This document shows positions 9,200-18,000 of a stretch of DNA of 58,798 nucleotides, piece after piece (the stretch's first letter is position 1; each line of letters starts with the position of its first letter). The DNA comes from an uncultured Clostridia bacterium. GTDB lineage: Bacteria > Bacillota > Clostridia > Christensenellales > CAMQZB01. The stretch is from the NCBI GenBank assembly GCA_964541255.1, contig CAZIPL010000005.1, positions 1-58,798 on the forward strand, written 5' to 3'. The position numbers and the translations under genes were made by a program. The notes below the pieces were generated by a model. The model made no database searches. It was not told the origin of the DNA and was given only the letters and a program-made list of their open reading frames with translations.

Positions 9200-10209
9200 T
9201 ATTCTTCCTCCGAAAGGTCGCTTGCAATATCTATAGCTTCCGCGTTATTTTCCGCTTCGATTTTACCCAAATCGTCTAAGTTTTCGGCTGTCGGGTTTTC
9301 ATATTCGAGATTATCCTCTTTTTCGACATTCGAAGTATCCGCCGATACGTTTTCGCTTGCGCCGTCAGCCGTCACCAAAATAGGTTCAGGCTTCACCGCA
9401 TGCCCCATAAGATTGAATTCGGGATGCTTTTTGTCTACTTTCACTATCGCGATTATGCAAGCTATTCCCGCCAATACCAAAATAATCGAAAGTGCTTGCG
9501 AAATCCTTATCGTTTCGCCCAAGATGTTTTTCAAGAAATACAAGCTGTCCGAACGAAGTCCCTCTATCCACGCTCTGCCCAGTCCGTAATAAACAAAGTA
9601 CGAACAGCAGCTTATGCCTTTCCAGTCGGGCTTTTTGATGTTGAGTATCAACAGTCCTATATACCCCACTAAGTTCCACATAGATTCATAGAAGAACGTC
9701 GCGTGATACCAACTGCCGTGAACGTTTACGGCAAACGGGAAAAACTGGAGCGCGGGATTTGTGATAAGCTGTCCGTAAGCTTCTTGATTGACGAAATTGC
9801 CCCAACGGCCTATGGATTGACCGATGATAACGCCTACGGCGAATAGATCGAGCATGGCAAGCATATCCTGCCACGTCATTTTCTTGATTTTCGCTATGAC
9901 GATTCCTGTTATTAGTCCGCCGATAATTCCGCCGTAAATGGCAAGTCCGCCGTCACGAATGGCGAATATTTTCGCGAACGTCCACGTTTCGTCCCAGTCC
10001 GTTATAACATAATATAATCTTGCGCCGATAATTCCGATAGGTATAGCAAAAAGTATTATGTCTAAAAGATCGTCGGGATTGAGCTTTTTATGCTTTGCCA
10101 AAAGAAGTATCGACGATACCCCCACGATCATTCCGCATACGATGATAATCGCATACCAATATATATCTATACCGAAAATCGAAAACGCTACTCTGTCAAT
10201 AGTTGGCAT
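9199..10209 (-). CDS. lgt: Prolipoprotein diacylglyceryl transferase with an acidic C-terminal tail
   Basis: IYWY, IIGARLYYV, GGLAIYGG, GQSIGRWGNFVNQEAYG, TFFYES motifs. Confidence 0.95.
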   Translation of the reverse strand: MPTIDRVAFSIFGIDIYWYAIIIVCGMIVGVSSILLLAKHKKLNPDDLLDIILFAIPIGIIGARLYYVITDWDETWTFAKIFAIRDGGLAIYGGIIGGLITGIVIAKIKKMTWQDMLAMLDLFAVGVIIGQSIGRWGNFVNQEAYGQLITNPALQFFPFAVNVHGSWYHATFFYESMWNLVGYIGLLILNIKKPDWKGISCCSYFVYYGLGRAWIEGLRSDSLYFLKNILGETIRISQALSIILVLAGIACIIAIVKVDKKHPEFNLMGHAVKPEPILVTADGASENVSADTSNVEKEDNLEYENPTAENLDDLGKIEAENNAEAIDIASDLSEEE

Positions 10210-10283
10210 ATACCTCTCCTAAGTTTCAGACTTTACGTCTTGTTGAAAATCATTTTAGCACTAATTTATTCAAATAGCAAGTC

Positions 10284-11006
10284 TCACGCAATACTTTCGA
10301 TAAAAGCAAGCGTTTCTTTGACGGCTTCCGACCACTGCTCGCCATTTGATATAGTAGCGACTCCGTCTCCGTCTTGCTCGCCGTAAGATCCGAAATACGC
10401 ATGGTTTCCGCCTTTTATGCAAATCTCTTTATATTTGCTTTTATCCACAAGCTCTCTTCTCTCAACAACCTTAGACATAGTCAAGACCTCGTCGTTTTCG
10501 CCGTAAAGCGAAAGAACGGGAATGCTTTTTTCGGTCAAGTCGCTTGCCGTATATGCGGCGAAAAAGATAAGCCCGTCGATTTTGTTTTCCGTTATCTCGA
10601 CGTACTTTGCCGCCATCGCACCACCCATCGAATGTCCGCCGATAAACACTTTTTCATAACTTCCCGCTTCCGCGACGGAATCGGCAGCGCTTATTCCGAA
10701 TATCGCCATATTGCACGGCATTTTGACAAGCGCGACGTCAACGCCGTTTTTCGCTAATTCGTGCATAATAGGCGCATAAGAGGTATATTCGACCTTTGCA
10801 CCCGGATAGAATATCAGCAAAGTTTCGTCTCCGTCACCGTCGAAAAACAGTCCGTAAGATTTCTCTTCGACAAATACCTCTTTGTTTGAAGACAGATATA
10901 CTTCGACGTCGACTGCTTTATAATAAGAAAAAAGATACCACGCGACAGCAAGAACTATCGCGATAACGACAAACGCCGTCAAAATTCTTTTTATGCTTTT
11001 TTTCAT
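10284..11006 (-). CDS. Alpha/beta hydrolase (carboxylesterase-like) with N-terminal membrane anchor
   Basis: FYPGAKV, GGHSMGG nucleophile elbow, GGNHAYFGSYG; start reassigned to MKKSIKR after GAGG. Confidence 0.85.
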   Translation of the reverse strand: MKKSIKRILTAFVVIAIVLAVAWYLFSYYKAVDVEVYLSSNKEVFVEEKSYGLFFDGDGDETLLIFYPGAKVEYTSYAPIMHELAKNGVDVALVKMPCNMAIFGISAADSVAEAGSYEKVFIGGHSMGGAMAAKYVEITENKIDGLIFFAAYTASDLTEKSIPVLSLYGENDEVLTMSKVVERRELVDKSKYKEICIKGGNHAYFGSYGEQDGDGVATISNGEQWSEAVKETLAFIESIA

Positions 11007-11222
11007 TTTATATCCTCTCGTAATGCTTTTTATCGTTTCATAACTATAATTAAAGTTTAGCAAATCGCGAGCGATAAAACAAGATAATAAATCAAAAAGT
11101 CGAAGAATTTTGTCTAAACCTATCTTTTTCATACAACGCAAAAGGCGCAATATTTGATATTGACACGAACGCATTCAAGTAGTATAATTTTTTCAATAAA
11201 ACAAATAATCGGAGGAAACTTT

Positions 11223-11582
11223 ATGAACAAAGAAGTTCTCGAATACGTCAAAGAACAGTCAAACGCGCTTCTTACAGCCCATTCTGCATGTCCCGAGGTC
11301 AAAGAGGCGGCAAGAAAATGGCTTGAAGCGGTCGGAACGGAAAACGAAAAAGCCGAAACTATCGCATACCTAAAAGAGCTTGAAGAGGACATCGAGCCTA
11401 TCGACGGACTTTTGGCATTCGCATCTTCTCCCGTTGCCGAAAAAGTCTTCGGAAAAGAGGGTGCGGAAAAGTTCCTCGAGCACGCAAAGGAGCTTAAAGC
11501 GTCGGGCGCAAAATATTGCGACTGCCCCGCTTGCAAAGCTTGCGAAAACATTCTTTCGAAAAAAGAAGAGCTTTTGGGATGA
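11223..11582 (+). CDS. Conserved small protein with C-terminal CDCPAC motif, function unknown
   Basis: GGAGG RBS then MNKEVLEY; SACPE and YCDCPACKAC. I recall this Clostridial family being labelled Hsp90 without real similarity to HtpG. Confidence 0.75.
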   Translation: MNKEVLEYVKEQSNALLTAHSACPEVKEAARKWLEAVGTENEKAETIAYLKELEEDIEPIDGLLAFASSPVAEKVFGKEGAEKFLEHAKELKASGAKYCDCPACKACENILSKKEELLG

Positions 11583-11715
11583 AACAACCATTTACTGTCT
11601 CCCCATAATCCACCAGCAGCATCCATTTATTCCAAAAAGTAGTATTTGAAGAAGTATAATCGACACAAACGACTTTTTGCCGCTCTGACACATTAATTTA
11701 ATTAATGAATTTATA

Positions 11716-11750
11716 AAACTCGGCTTGATAAAAGTCGAGTTTTCTTTTTC
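11716..11750 (+). terminator. Intrinsic terminator
   Basis: AAAACTCGGCTT-GATA-AAAGTCGAGTTTT followed by CTTTTT. Confidence 0.75.
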
Positions 11751-11762
11751 AGCTTAAAAGTA

Positions 11763-11791
11763 TTGAATAAAACGGGAAATTATGATATACT
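11763..11791 (+). promoter_or_regulatory. SigmaA-type promoter with extended -10
   Basis: TTGAAT(11763)-N17-TATACT(11786), TG at -15/-14; predicted +1 near 11797 coincides with the start of the long hairpin. Confidence 0.75.
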
Positions 11792-11795
11792 AAAT

Positions 11796-11987
11796 TTGCG
11801 ACACAATTAAATAGCACAAAAGGCATATGGGAATAATATACCTTTTTTTGCATTGCCATAATATTTGAATTTGTCAAAAATGCAAATTCCGATTTATTAT
11901 GGTAATGTGGTTATTCCCATGCTGTTTTAATTGTGTCGCAACACGGAGTTTGCGTTTTATGTGCGTAACTTCGGTTGCGCACTTTTT
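11796..11987 (+). ncRNA. Candidate ~190-nt structured RNA or leader (long imperfect hairpin plus terminator)
   Basis: Perfect 16-bp inverted repeat 11796-11811/11926-11941 enclosing three more helices; own promoter and terminator; no credible ORF. Confidence 0.55.
11961..11987 (+). terminator. Intrinsic terminator with C(UUCG)G loop upstream of the methyltransferase
   Basis: GTGCGTAAC-TTCG-GTTGCGCAC-TTTTT; the G.U pair and UUCG loop favour the + strand. Confidence 0.8.
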
Positions 11988-12029
11988 ATTTATAAAGGTG
12001 CGACTTTATGGAAAAGGAACATCAAGAAT

Positions 12030-13082
12030 ATGGCGACAAACAGCAATCTGCAAATGTCAAGAGCAGGGAAAACCGACGAATTCTATACACAATTATCTAC
12101 CATTGAAGACGAATTAAGACATTATCGCAAATATTTTAAAGATAAAATTGTATTTTGTAATTGTGACGATCCATATGAAAGCAATTTTTTTAAGTATTTC
12201 GCCCTAAACTTTAATGCATTAGGGTTAAAAAAATTAATAACTACGTGTTATGCGACCTCTCCTATTTTCTACACTCAATTAAATATCTTCGGTGAAAACA
12301 AAAACATTAAATTAATACAGGAGGGGAAAAAGCCATATAAAATCGAAATTACCGAAGTCAAAGATTCCGACGGGAACGATACGGTTGATTTGTCAGATGT
12401 TTGCTATTTATTAAAAAACGACAAAAATGCTTTAACTCTATTAAAAGGCGATGGTGATTTTCGCTCGGAAGAATGTTTAAAGCTTTTGAAAGAAGCTGAT
12501 ATTGTCGTTACAAATCCTCCCTTTTCTTTATTGAAAGAATACTTACCTTTATTAGTCAACGAGCAAAAGAAATTCATAATATTAGGAAACATGAATCATG
12601 CAACTTGGGCTGAAACATTTCCATATTTTATAGAAAACAAAGTATGGTTGGGAGTTAATAGCGGACATTTTTGGTTTAAAGTACCTGATTATTATGAAGC
12701 AAAAGGGACTGATTATAAGCAAGACGATACTGGACAAAAATGGCGAAGATTAGGAAATATTTGTTGGTTTACAAATCTTGATCTTGCTATAAGACATATC
12801 CCTTTAGACCTATATAAAAAGTATACACCAGAAAATTATCCGAAATACGACACCTATGAAGCGATAGATTGCGGTTATGTACAAGATATCCCGTATGACA
12901 CCGATAAAATTATAGGTGTACCATTAACGTTTTTGGCAAAACATTGCAAAGAACAGTTTAGAATCGTCGGAGAATTACATACCGGTTCAGGGAATAAATA
13001 TGATTTCGCCTTTCCGAAAATAAATGGTAAGAATAAGTATATCCGAATTTTAATACAAAATATAAACCCCAAAAAGGAATAA
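12030..13082 (+). CDS. Adenine-specific DNA methyltransferase, EcoRI family (PF13651-like)
   Basis: KTDEFYTQ, FCNCDDPYESNFFKYF, GDGDFRSEEC, VVTNPPFS catalytic motif, GVPLTFL; start reassigned to MATNSN. Confidence 0.92.
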   Translation: MATNSNLQMSRAGKTDEFYTQLSTIEDELRHYRKYFKDKIVFCNCDDPYESNFFKYFALNFNALGLKKLITTCYATSPIFYTQLNIFGENKNIKLIQEGKKPYKIEITEVKDSDGNDTVDLSDVCYLLKNDKNALTLLKGDGDFRSEECLKLLKEADIVVTNPPFSLLKEYLPLLVNEQKKFIILGNMNHATWAETFPYFIENKVWLGVNSGHFWFKVPDYYEAKGTDYKQDDTGQKWRRLGNICWFTNLDLAIRHIPLDLYKKYTPENYPKYDTYEAIDCGYVQDIPYDTDKIIGVPLTFLAKHCKEQFRIVGELHTGSGNKYDFAFPKINGKNKYIRILIQNINPKKE

Positions 13083-13088
13083 AAAATT

Positions 13089-14201
13089 ATGAAAATCGAA
13101 AGAGCACAAATCCCAATCAAAGAATTGGTTAAAGGTTATGAGGAAAATGGCATAGACGGCGTTGAGGGCATTGTTGCATATGACGGCAAATTAGACGTTC
13201 GTCCTCCTTATCAAAGAGAATATGTGTATGCTCAAAAAGAACGTGACGAAGTAATACGAACGATTAAAAAAGGATTCCCGCTCAATATTATGTATTGGGC
13301 AAAAAGCGAAGATGGATACTACGAGTTAATGGACGGACAACAACGAACCATTTCTATATGTCGCTATGCCGCTGAAAGCGAACGTACTTTTACCGTTGAT
13401 GAAAAATATTATTTTAATCTAGAAAAAGATATTCAGAAACAAATCAACGATTATATGTTAGATATATATATTTGCGACGGAAACCCATCCGAAATTCACG
13501 AGTGGTTTAAGGTTATCAATATAGCCGGAAAACCTTTAACCGCACAAGAATTGAGAAACACCGCATATACAGGAAGTTGGTTGTCGGATGCGAAATTACA
13601 TTTTTCAAAACCAACTTGTGCCGCATACAATATGGGAAAAGACTATATCAGCGGCTCCCCCATACGACAGGAATATTTAGAAAAAGCAATTGAATGGATC
13701 GCAGCACGCGACGGGTTATCTTCTGTGGAAGAATATATGGCTCTTCATCAACACGATGAAAACGCAAATCAAATGTGGATTTATTATAAGCGAATTATCG
13801 AATGGGTTGAAACGATTTTTCCACAAAAAAGAAAGGAGATGAAAGGAATTGAATGGGGATTATTATATAACGCATATAAAGATATTGAATTAGATCCGAC
13901 TGCTCTTGAATTAAAAATAAAAACTCTTATGATTGACGACGATGTTACAAATAAAAAAGGCATATATCCGTATGTTTTAACCGGGAAAGAAAAGTATTTA
14001 AACATACGAACATTTTCTGAGAACCAAAAAAGAGCAGCTTACGAGCGTCAAAACGGTATTTGTAGTAAATGCGGTAAACAATTCCAGTTGTACGAAATGG
14101 AAGCGGATCATATAACACCTTGGCATTTAGGAGGTAAAACCAACGCTGAAAACTGTCAAATGCTCTGCATGGAATGCAATCGCAGAAAATCAGGAAAATA
14201 G
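13089..14201 (+). CDS. DUF262 (GmrSD N-terminal/ParB-like) domain fused to a zinc-binding HNH endonuclease
   Basis: PPYQREYVY and LMDGQQR DUF262 motifs; C-terminal CSKC...EADHITPWHLGGKTNAENCQMLCMECN. Confidence 0.9.
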   Translation: MKIERAQIPIKELVKGYEENGIDGVEGIVAYDGKLDVRPPYQREYVYAQKERDEVIRTIKKGFPLNIMYWAKSEDGYYELMDGQQRTISICRYAAESERTFTVDEKYYFNLEKDIQKQINDYMLDIYICDGNPSEIHEWFKVINIAGKPLTAQELRNTAYTGSWLSDAKLHFSKPTCAAYNMGKDYISGSPIRQEYLEKAIEWIAARDGLSSVEEYMALHQHDENANQMWIYYKRIIEWVETIFPQKRKEMKGIEWGLLYNAYKDIELDPTALELKIKTLMIDDDVTNKKGIYPYVLTGKEKYLNIRTFSENQKRAAYERQNGICSKCGKQFQLYEMEADHITPWHLGGKTNAENCQMLCMECNRRKSGK

Positions 14202-14256
14202 AAGTTAAAACACATATACTACGCTCAATATAATTAAGTCGCATTTTTGCAAAGTA

Positions 14257-14297
14257 AAACAGCTTGCGTCATTATAAACGCAAGCCGCTTTTTATTT
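14257..14297. terminator. Bidirectional terminator between the nuclease gene and araA
   Basis: AAAACAGCTTGCGT-CATTATAA-ACGCAAGCCGCTTTTT between convergent genes. Confidence 0.65.
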
Positions 14298-14326
14298 TCT
14301 CATTCGTTATTCTTTCGGGGAAGGAG

Positions 14327-15721
14327 TTATCCTATTTCGACAAATTCCGCGCCGTTAATCTCGGCGAACAATCTCATTTCGTCTGCGGTAAGCGACGTCG
14401 AAACGACGGTATGATGCGCTCCGCCTGCTTCGAGCCATGCTTTTACGCCGCTCTTGAAATCGGGTTTAATCTTCCACATAACTCTCGCAACGGGAAGGTT
14501 GGGCATAGTTTCGGGCTGCTTAACGAGCTCGACATGCGCGCAAATGATTCTATACCATTCGCCCATATCGACCATACAAACGGCGATTCCGTCTCCGGTC
14601 GTTCCGTCGAATACCAATCTCGCGGGATCTTCTTTTCCACCGATTCCGAGAGGATGTACTTCGATTTTGGGTTTGTTGCCTGCCAGCGTCGGGCAAACCT
14701 CGAGCATATGAGATTCCAAAACGAGCTCTTCGTTTTCGGTGAGGTCATAAGTATAATCTTCCATAAACGCCGTAGCGCCCTCTCTACCCTCTGCCATTTT
14801 CTTCATGATAGCGCAAAAAGCCGCAATCTTCCAATCGCCCTCCGCACCGAAGCCGTAGCCTTGTTCCATAAGACGCTGTGCGGACATACCGAAAAGCTGT
14901 TTAAGTCCGTGAAGATCTTGGAAGTTGGTTGAGAATGCTTTATAATTTCCCGCCGCAAAGAAACGCTTCAATGCGATTTCATACTTAACCTGCTCCTTAA
15001 CGGCAGCGATATTATCTGTATTAAGGTCATACTTTTCCAAAATCTCGGCATAAAGCGCATCGACCTCTTCGTCGGTCACCTTGTTTATCTCTTCGACAAC
15101 GTCTCCGATTCCGTAATAGTCCGTCTGCCAACCGAAATCGATATGAGCCTGAACTCTATCGCCGTCCGTTACGGCAACCTCTCTCATATTGTCGCCGAAA
15201 CGGCAAATCTTGAGGTTTCTCGAAAAATCAACGCCCTTAATGACAGATACCCAAGATCTGATTTCTTTAAGAACGCTTTCGTGCTTATAATATCCGACAA
15301 CGCTCTTTCTTACGATGCCCATACGAGTGAGAATATATCCGAGCTCTCTGTCGCCGTGAGCAGCCTGATTGAGGTTCATGAAGTCCATATCGATCGTTGC
15401 ATACGGAAGCTTTTCATTGAACTGCGTATGCAAGTGCAAAAGAGGCTTGTTGAGTATCTTCAATCCCTTGATCCACATTTTCGCAGGGCTGAACGTATGG
15501 CACCAAACCATAACGCCGATAACTTCGTCGTCATAATCGATCTCTTTGATTGCTTTTTCGATCTTTTCGGATGTCGTCATAACGCCGCCGAATGTAATCT
15601 CGATTCCGCCGACCGCTTCGTTCAAAAAGCTTATCATTTCGAGCGAGTCTTTTTCGACCTGCTTAAGCGTTTCTTCGCCGTATAAAAACTGGCTTCCCGT
15701 TAAAAAACAAACTTTTTTCAT
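14327..15721 (-). CDS. araA: L-arabinose isomerase
   Basis: [53 protein letters not shown]. Confidence 0.96.
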   Translation of the reverse strand: MKKVCFLTGSQFLYGEETLKQVEKDSLEMISFLNEAVGGIEITFGGVMTTSEKIEKAIKEIDYDDEVIGVMVWCHTFSPAKMWIKGLKILNKPLLHLHTQFNEKLPYATIDMDFMNLNQAAHGDRELGYILTRMGIVRKSVVGYYKHESVLKEIRSWVSVIKGVDFSRNLKICRFGDNMREVAVTDGDRVQAHIDFGWQTDYYGIGDVVEEINKVTDEEVDALYAEILEKYDLNTDNIAAVKEQVKYEIALKRFFAAGNYKAFSTNFQDLHGLKQLFGMSAQRLMEQGYGFGAEGDWKIAAFCAIMKKMAEGREGATAFMEDYTYDLTENEELVLESHMLEVCPTLAGNKPKIEVHPLGIGGKEDPARLVFDGTTGDGIAVCMVDMGEWYRIICAHVELVKQPETMPNLPVARVMWKIKPDFKSGVKAWLEAGGAHHTVVSTSLTADEMRLFAEINGAEFVEIG

Positions 15722-16419
15722 TTTTTATCTCCTTGTCCGTAATAGGCATTTTTGCCGTGTTTCCTTAAATAATGTTTGTCGAGCAGATATCCGTCAACCC
15801 TCTCGACGTCTGGGTTTATCTGCCTTGTTTTGAGGCACATTTCCGCAACCGCTTCGAGCGTAACCGCCGCTTCGACAGCCTTTTCGGGAGTTTTTCCCCA
15901 AGCAAAAGGTCCGTGATTTTTGATTAGTACCGCTGGGATTGCATTTTCGTCCAAGTTTTCGAAAGTTTCGATAATGACCTTGCCTGTGTTCTTTTCGTAT
16001 TCGCTTTCGATTTCTTCTTTCGAAAGGGCTCTCGCGCAAGGAATATCGCCGTAAAAACAATCCGCATGCGTCGTGCCGTAAGCGACAATGGGCTTACCGC
16101 TTTGCGCAAAAGCCGTCGCGTTTATCGAATGCGTATGAACAACTCCGCCGATTTCGGGGAACGCTTTATATAATTCCAAATGCGTGGGGGTGTCGGATGA
16201 CGGTCTCAAAGCCCCCTCTACGATGTTCCCGTCCAAGTCAACGACGACTATGTCGTCAACCGTCATGGAATCGTAAGAAACTCCGCTCGGCTTAATCGCG
16301 ACCAAGCCTTTCTCTCTGTCGATTCCGCTTACGTTACCCCAAGTCAAAACGACGAGTCCGTGCTTTACTAAGTCTAAGTTCGCCTTAAAAACTCTTTCTT
16401 TCAATTCATGCATACTCAT
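15718..16419 (-). CDS. araD: L-ribulose-5-phosphate 4-epimerase
   Basis: [45 protein letters not shown]. Confidence 0.96.
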   Translation of the reverse strand: MSMHELKERVFKANLDLVKHGLVVLTWGNVSGIDREKGLVAIKPSGVSYDSMTVDDIVVVDLDGNIVEGALRPSSDTPTHLELYKAFPEIGGVVHTHSINATAFAQSGKPIVAYGTTHADCFYGDIPCARALSKEEIESEYEKNTGKVIIETFENLDENAIPAVLIKNHGPFAWGKTPEKAVEAAVTLEAVAEMCLKTRQINPDVERVDGYLLDKHYLRKHGKNAYYGQGDKK

Positions 16420-17999
16420 AATACTTCCACCGCCTTTCTTTCGATATCAAGTCCTCTTTCGAAGCGGTCGAGATACTCGTTAAATCCGTCCGTATAACCT
16501 TCGTCGGGAGAAACGGTAACCTTTTTCGCCGACGCGAACACCTCTTCGTCAAGATAATCGGGAAGATTTCTTCCGTTGCCGTTGACTGAATACTTCGCCA
16601 AGATAGCCATACCCCAAGGGCCGCCCTCGCCGGCTGTCTCCATAACGGTGATAGGCGTTTCGATAGCCGAAGCCAAAACCTTTGCGCCCTCGTCGCCCGT
16701 CTTGAAAAGTCCGCCGTGTCCGCAAATAGATGTTATTTCGACGTTTTCGTTTTTGAGTATCTTCATTCCGACTGCTAACGTCGCAACGGAAGAATATATA
16801 TTTGCTCTCAAAAGATTGGGAAGATTGAATTCCGCGTTCTCGCCCCTAACCAAGAGCGGTCTGCCGCTCGAAAAGCCCGTAACGCTTTCGCCCGAAAGAT
16901 AGTTATATACCGTAAGTCCTCCACACGCGTTGTCGGCATTCTTCGAAAGAGAGAAAATCATATCGTATACCTTGTTCATATCCGACGTGCCGCCCAAGCT
17001 TTCGGAAATCTCTTTGAAAAGGTTCGCGTATGCGTTTATTTCGTTGGTGCAGTTGTTGCAATGCACCATTGCGACGGGATAGCCGTCGGGAGTCGTTACT
17101 ATATCTATCTCTTTATAGCGATTCTTCAATGCCTTTTCGAGAACAATCATCGCAAATATGCTCGTTCCCGCAGATACGTTGCCCGTGCCTTTTCTTATGC
17201 TGTTTGTGGCAACCATACCCGTTCCCGCGTCTCCCTCGGGAGGACAGAACGGAACGCCGGGCAAAAGGTCTCCCTCTTCGTCGAGAAGCTTCACGCCTTT
17301 TTCAGTAAGGTATCCTGCGTTTTCGCCCGCAAGCTTGACTTTGGGCAAAACCTCTTCGGCACTTTTATTAAAGCCCTCTTTTTTCAAAAGCTCGTCGAAC
17401 TTATTAAGTCTTTCTTTGTCATAAGAAAGAGTTTCGTCGATGGGAAACATTCCGCTCGCTTCGCCAACTCCTACGACCTTTTCGCCAGTCAAAAGGAAAT
17501 GCACGTATCCCGCAAGAGTGTTTATCGACGAAATATCTTTAACGTGCGGCTCTTTTTTCAACACCGCTTGATATAAGTGCGCCGAAGACCATCTTTCGGG
17601 AATATTGAAGTCGAAGCTTTCGGAAAGCTTTTCCGCCGCCTCGGCAGTAATCGTATTTCTCCAAGTTCTGAACGGAACGAGAAGCTTTTCGTTTGCGTCA
17701 AAGGGCATATATCCGTGCATCATAGCGGAAATTCCCATTCCGCCAAGCTTTTTAAGGGTTACGCCGTATTTTTCTTTGACGTCTTTTTTAAGGCTCTTAT
17801 AGCACTCTTTGATGCCGTCGAGAACCTCCTCTTCCGAATACGTCCAAATGCCGTCAATAAAAGAATTTTCCCAAGTAAACGAACCTTGCGCGATAGGCTT
17901 GTTTTCGTCGTCTATCAAAACGCCCTTGATTCTCGTCGAGCCAAGCTCTATTCCGAGATACGTTTTTCCCTCGTTTATGAGGTCTTTTGCATTTGCCAT
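16416..17999 (-). CDS. araB: FGGY-family sugar kinase (probable ribulokinase)
   Basis: [31 protein letters not shown]; sits in the araA/araD operon. Confidence 0.85.
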   Translation of the reverse strand: MANAKDLINEGKTYLGIELGSTRIKGVLIDDENKPIAQGSFTWENSFIDGIWTYSEEEVLDGIKECYKSLKKDVKEKYGVTLKKLGGMGISAMMHGYMPFDANEKLLVPFRTWRNTITAEAAEKLSESFDFNIPERWSSAHLYQAVLKKEPHVKDISSINTLAGYVHFLLTGEKVVGVGEASGMFPIDETLSYDKERLNKFDELLKKEGFNKSAEEVLPKVKLAGENAGYLTEKGVKLLDEEGDLLPGVPFCPPEGDAGTGMVATNSIRKGTGNVSAGTSIFAMIVLEKALKNRYKEIDIVTTPDGYPVAMVHCNNCTNEINAYANLFKEISESLGGTSDMNKVYDMIFSLSKNADNACGGLTVYNYLSGESVTGFSSGRPLLVRGENAEFNLPNLLRANIYSSVATLAVGMKILKNENVEITSICGHGGLFKTGDEGAKVLASAIETPITVMETAGEGGPWGMAILAKYSVNGNGRNLPDYLDEEVFASAKKVTVSPDEGYTDGFNEYLDRFERGLDIERKAVEVL

Positions 18000-18000
18000 A

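Noticed and set aside
11827-11868. 13-codon ORF MGIIYLFLHCHNI inside the hairpin
   Set aside because: Poorly spaced RBS and no informative composition; insufficient support for a toxin or leader peptide.
11796-11987. Identity as 6S RNA, SRP RNA or a CRISPR/tracr element
   Set aside because: No 6S central motif (GGCACCCACCUG-like), no SRP GGAA loop motif, no repeat-spacer periodicity; kept only as an unknown RNA.
11690-14300. att sites or target duplications bounding the methylase/nuclease cassette
   Set aside because: No convincing direct repeat at the two flanks and no recombinase in the window.
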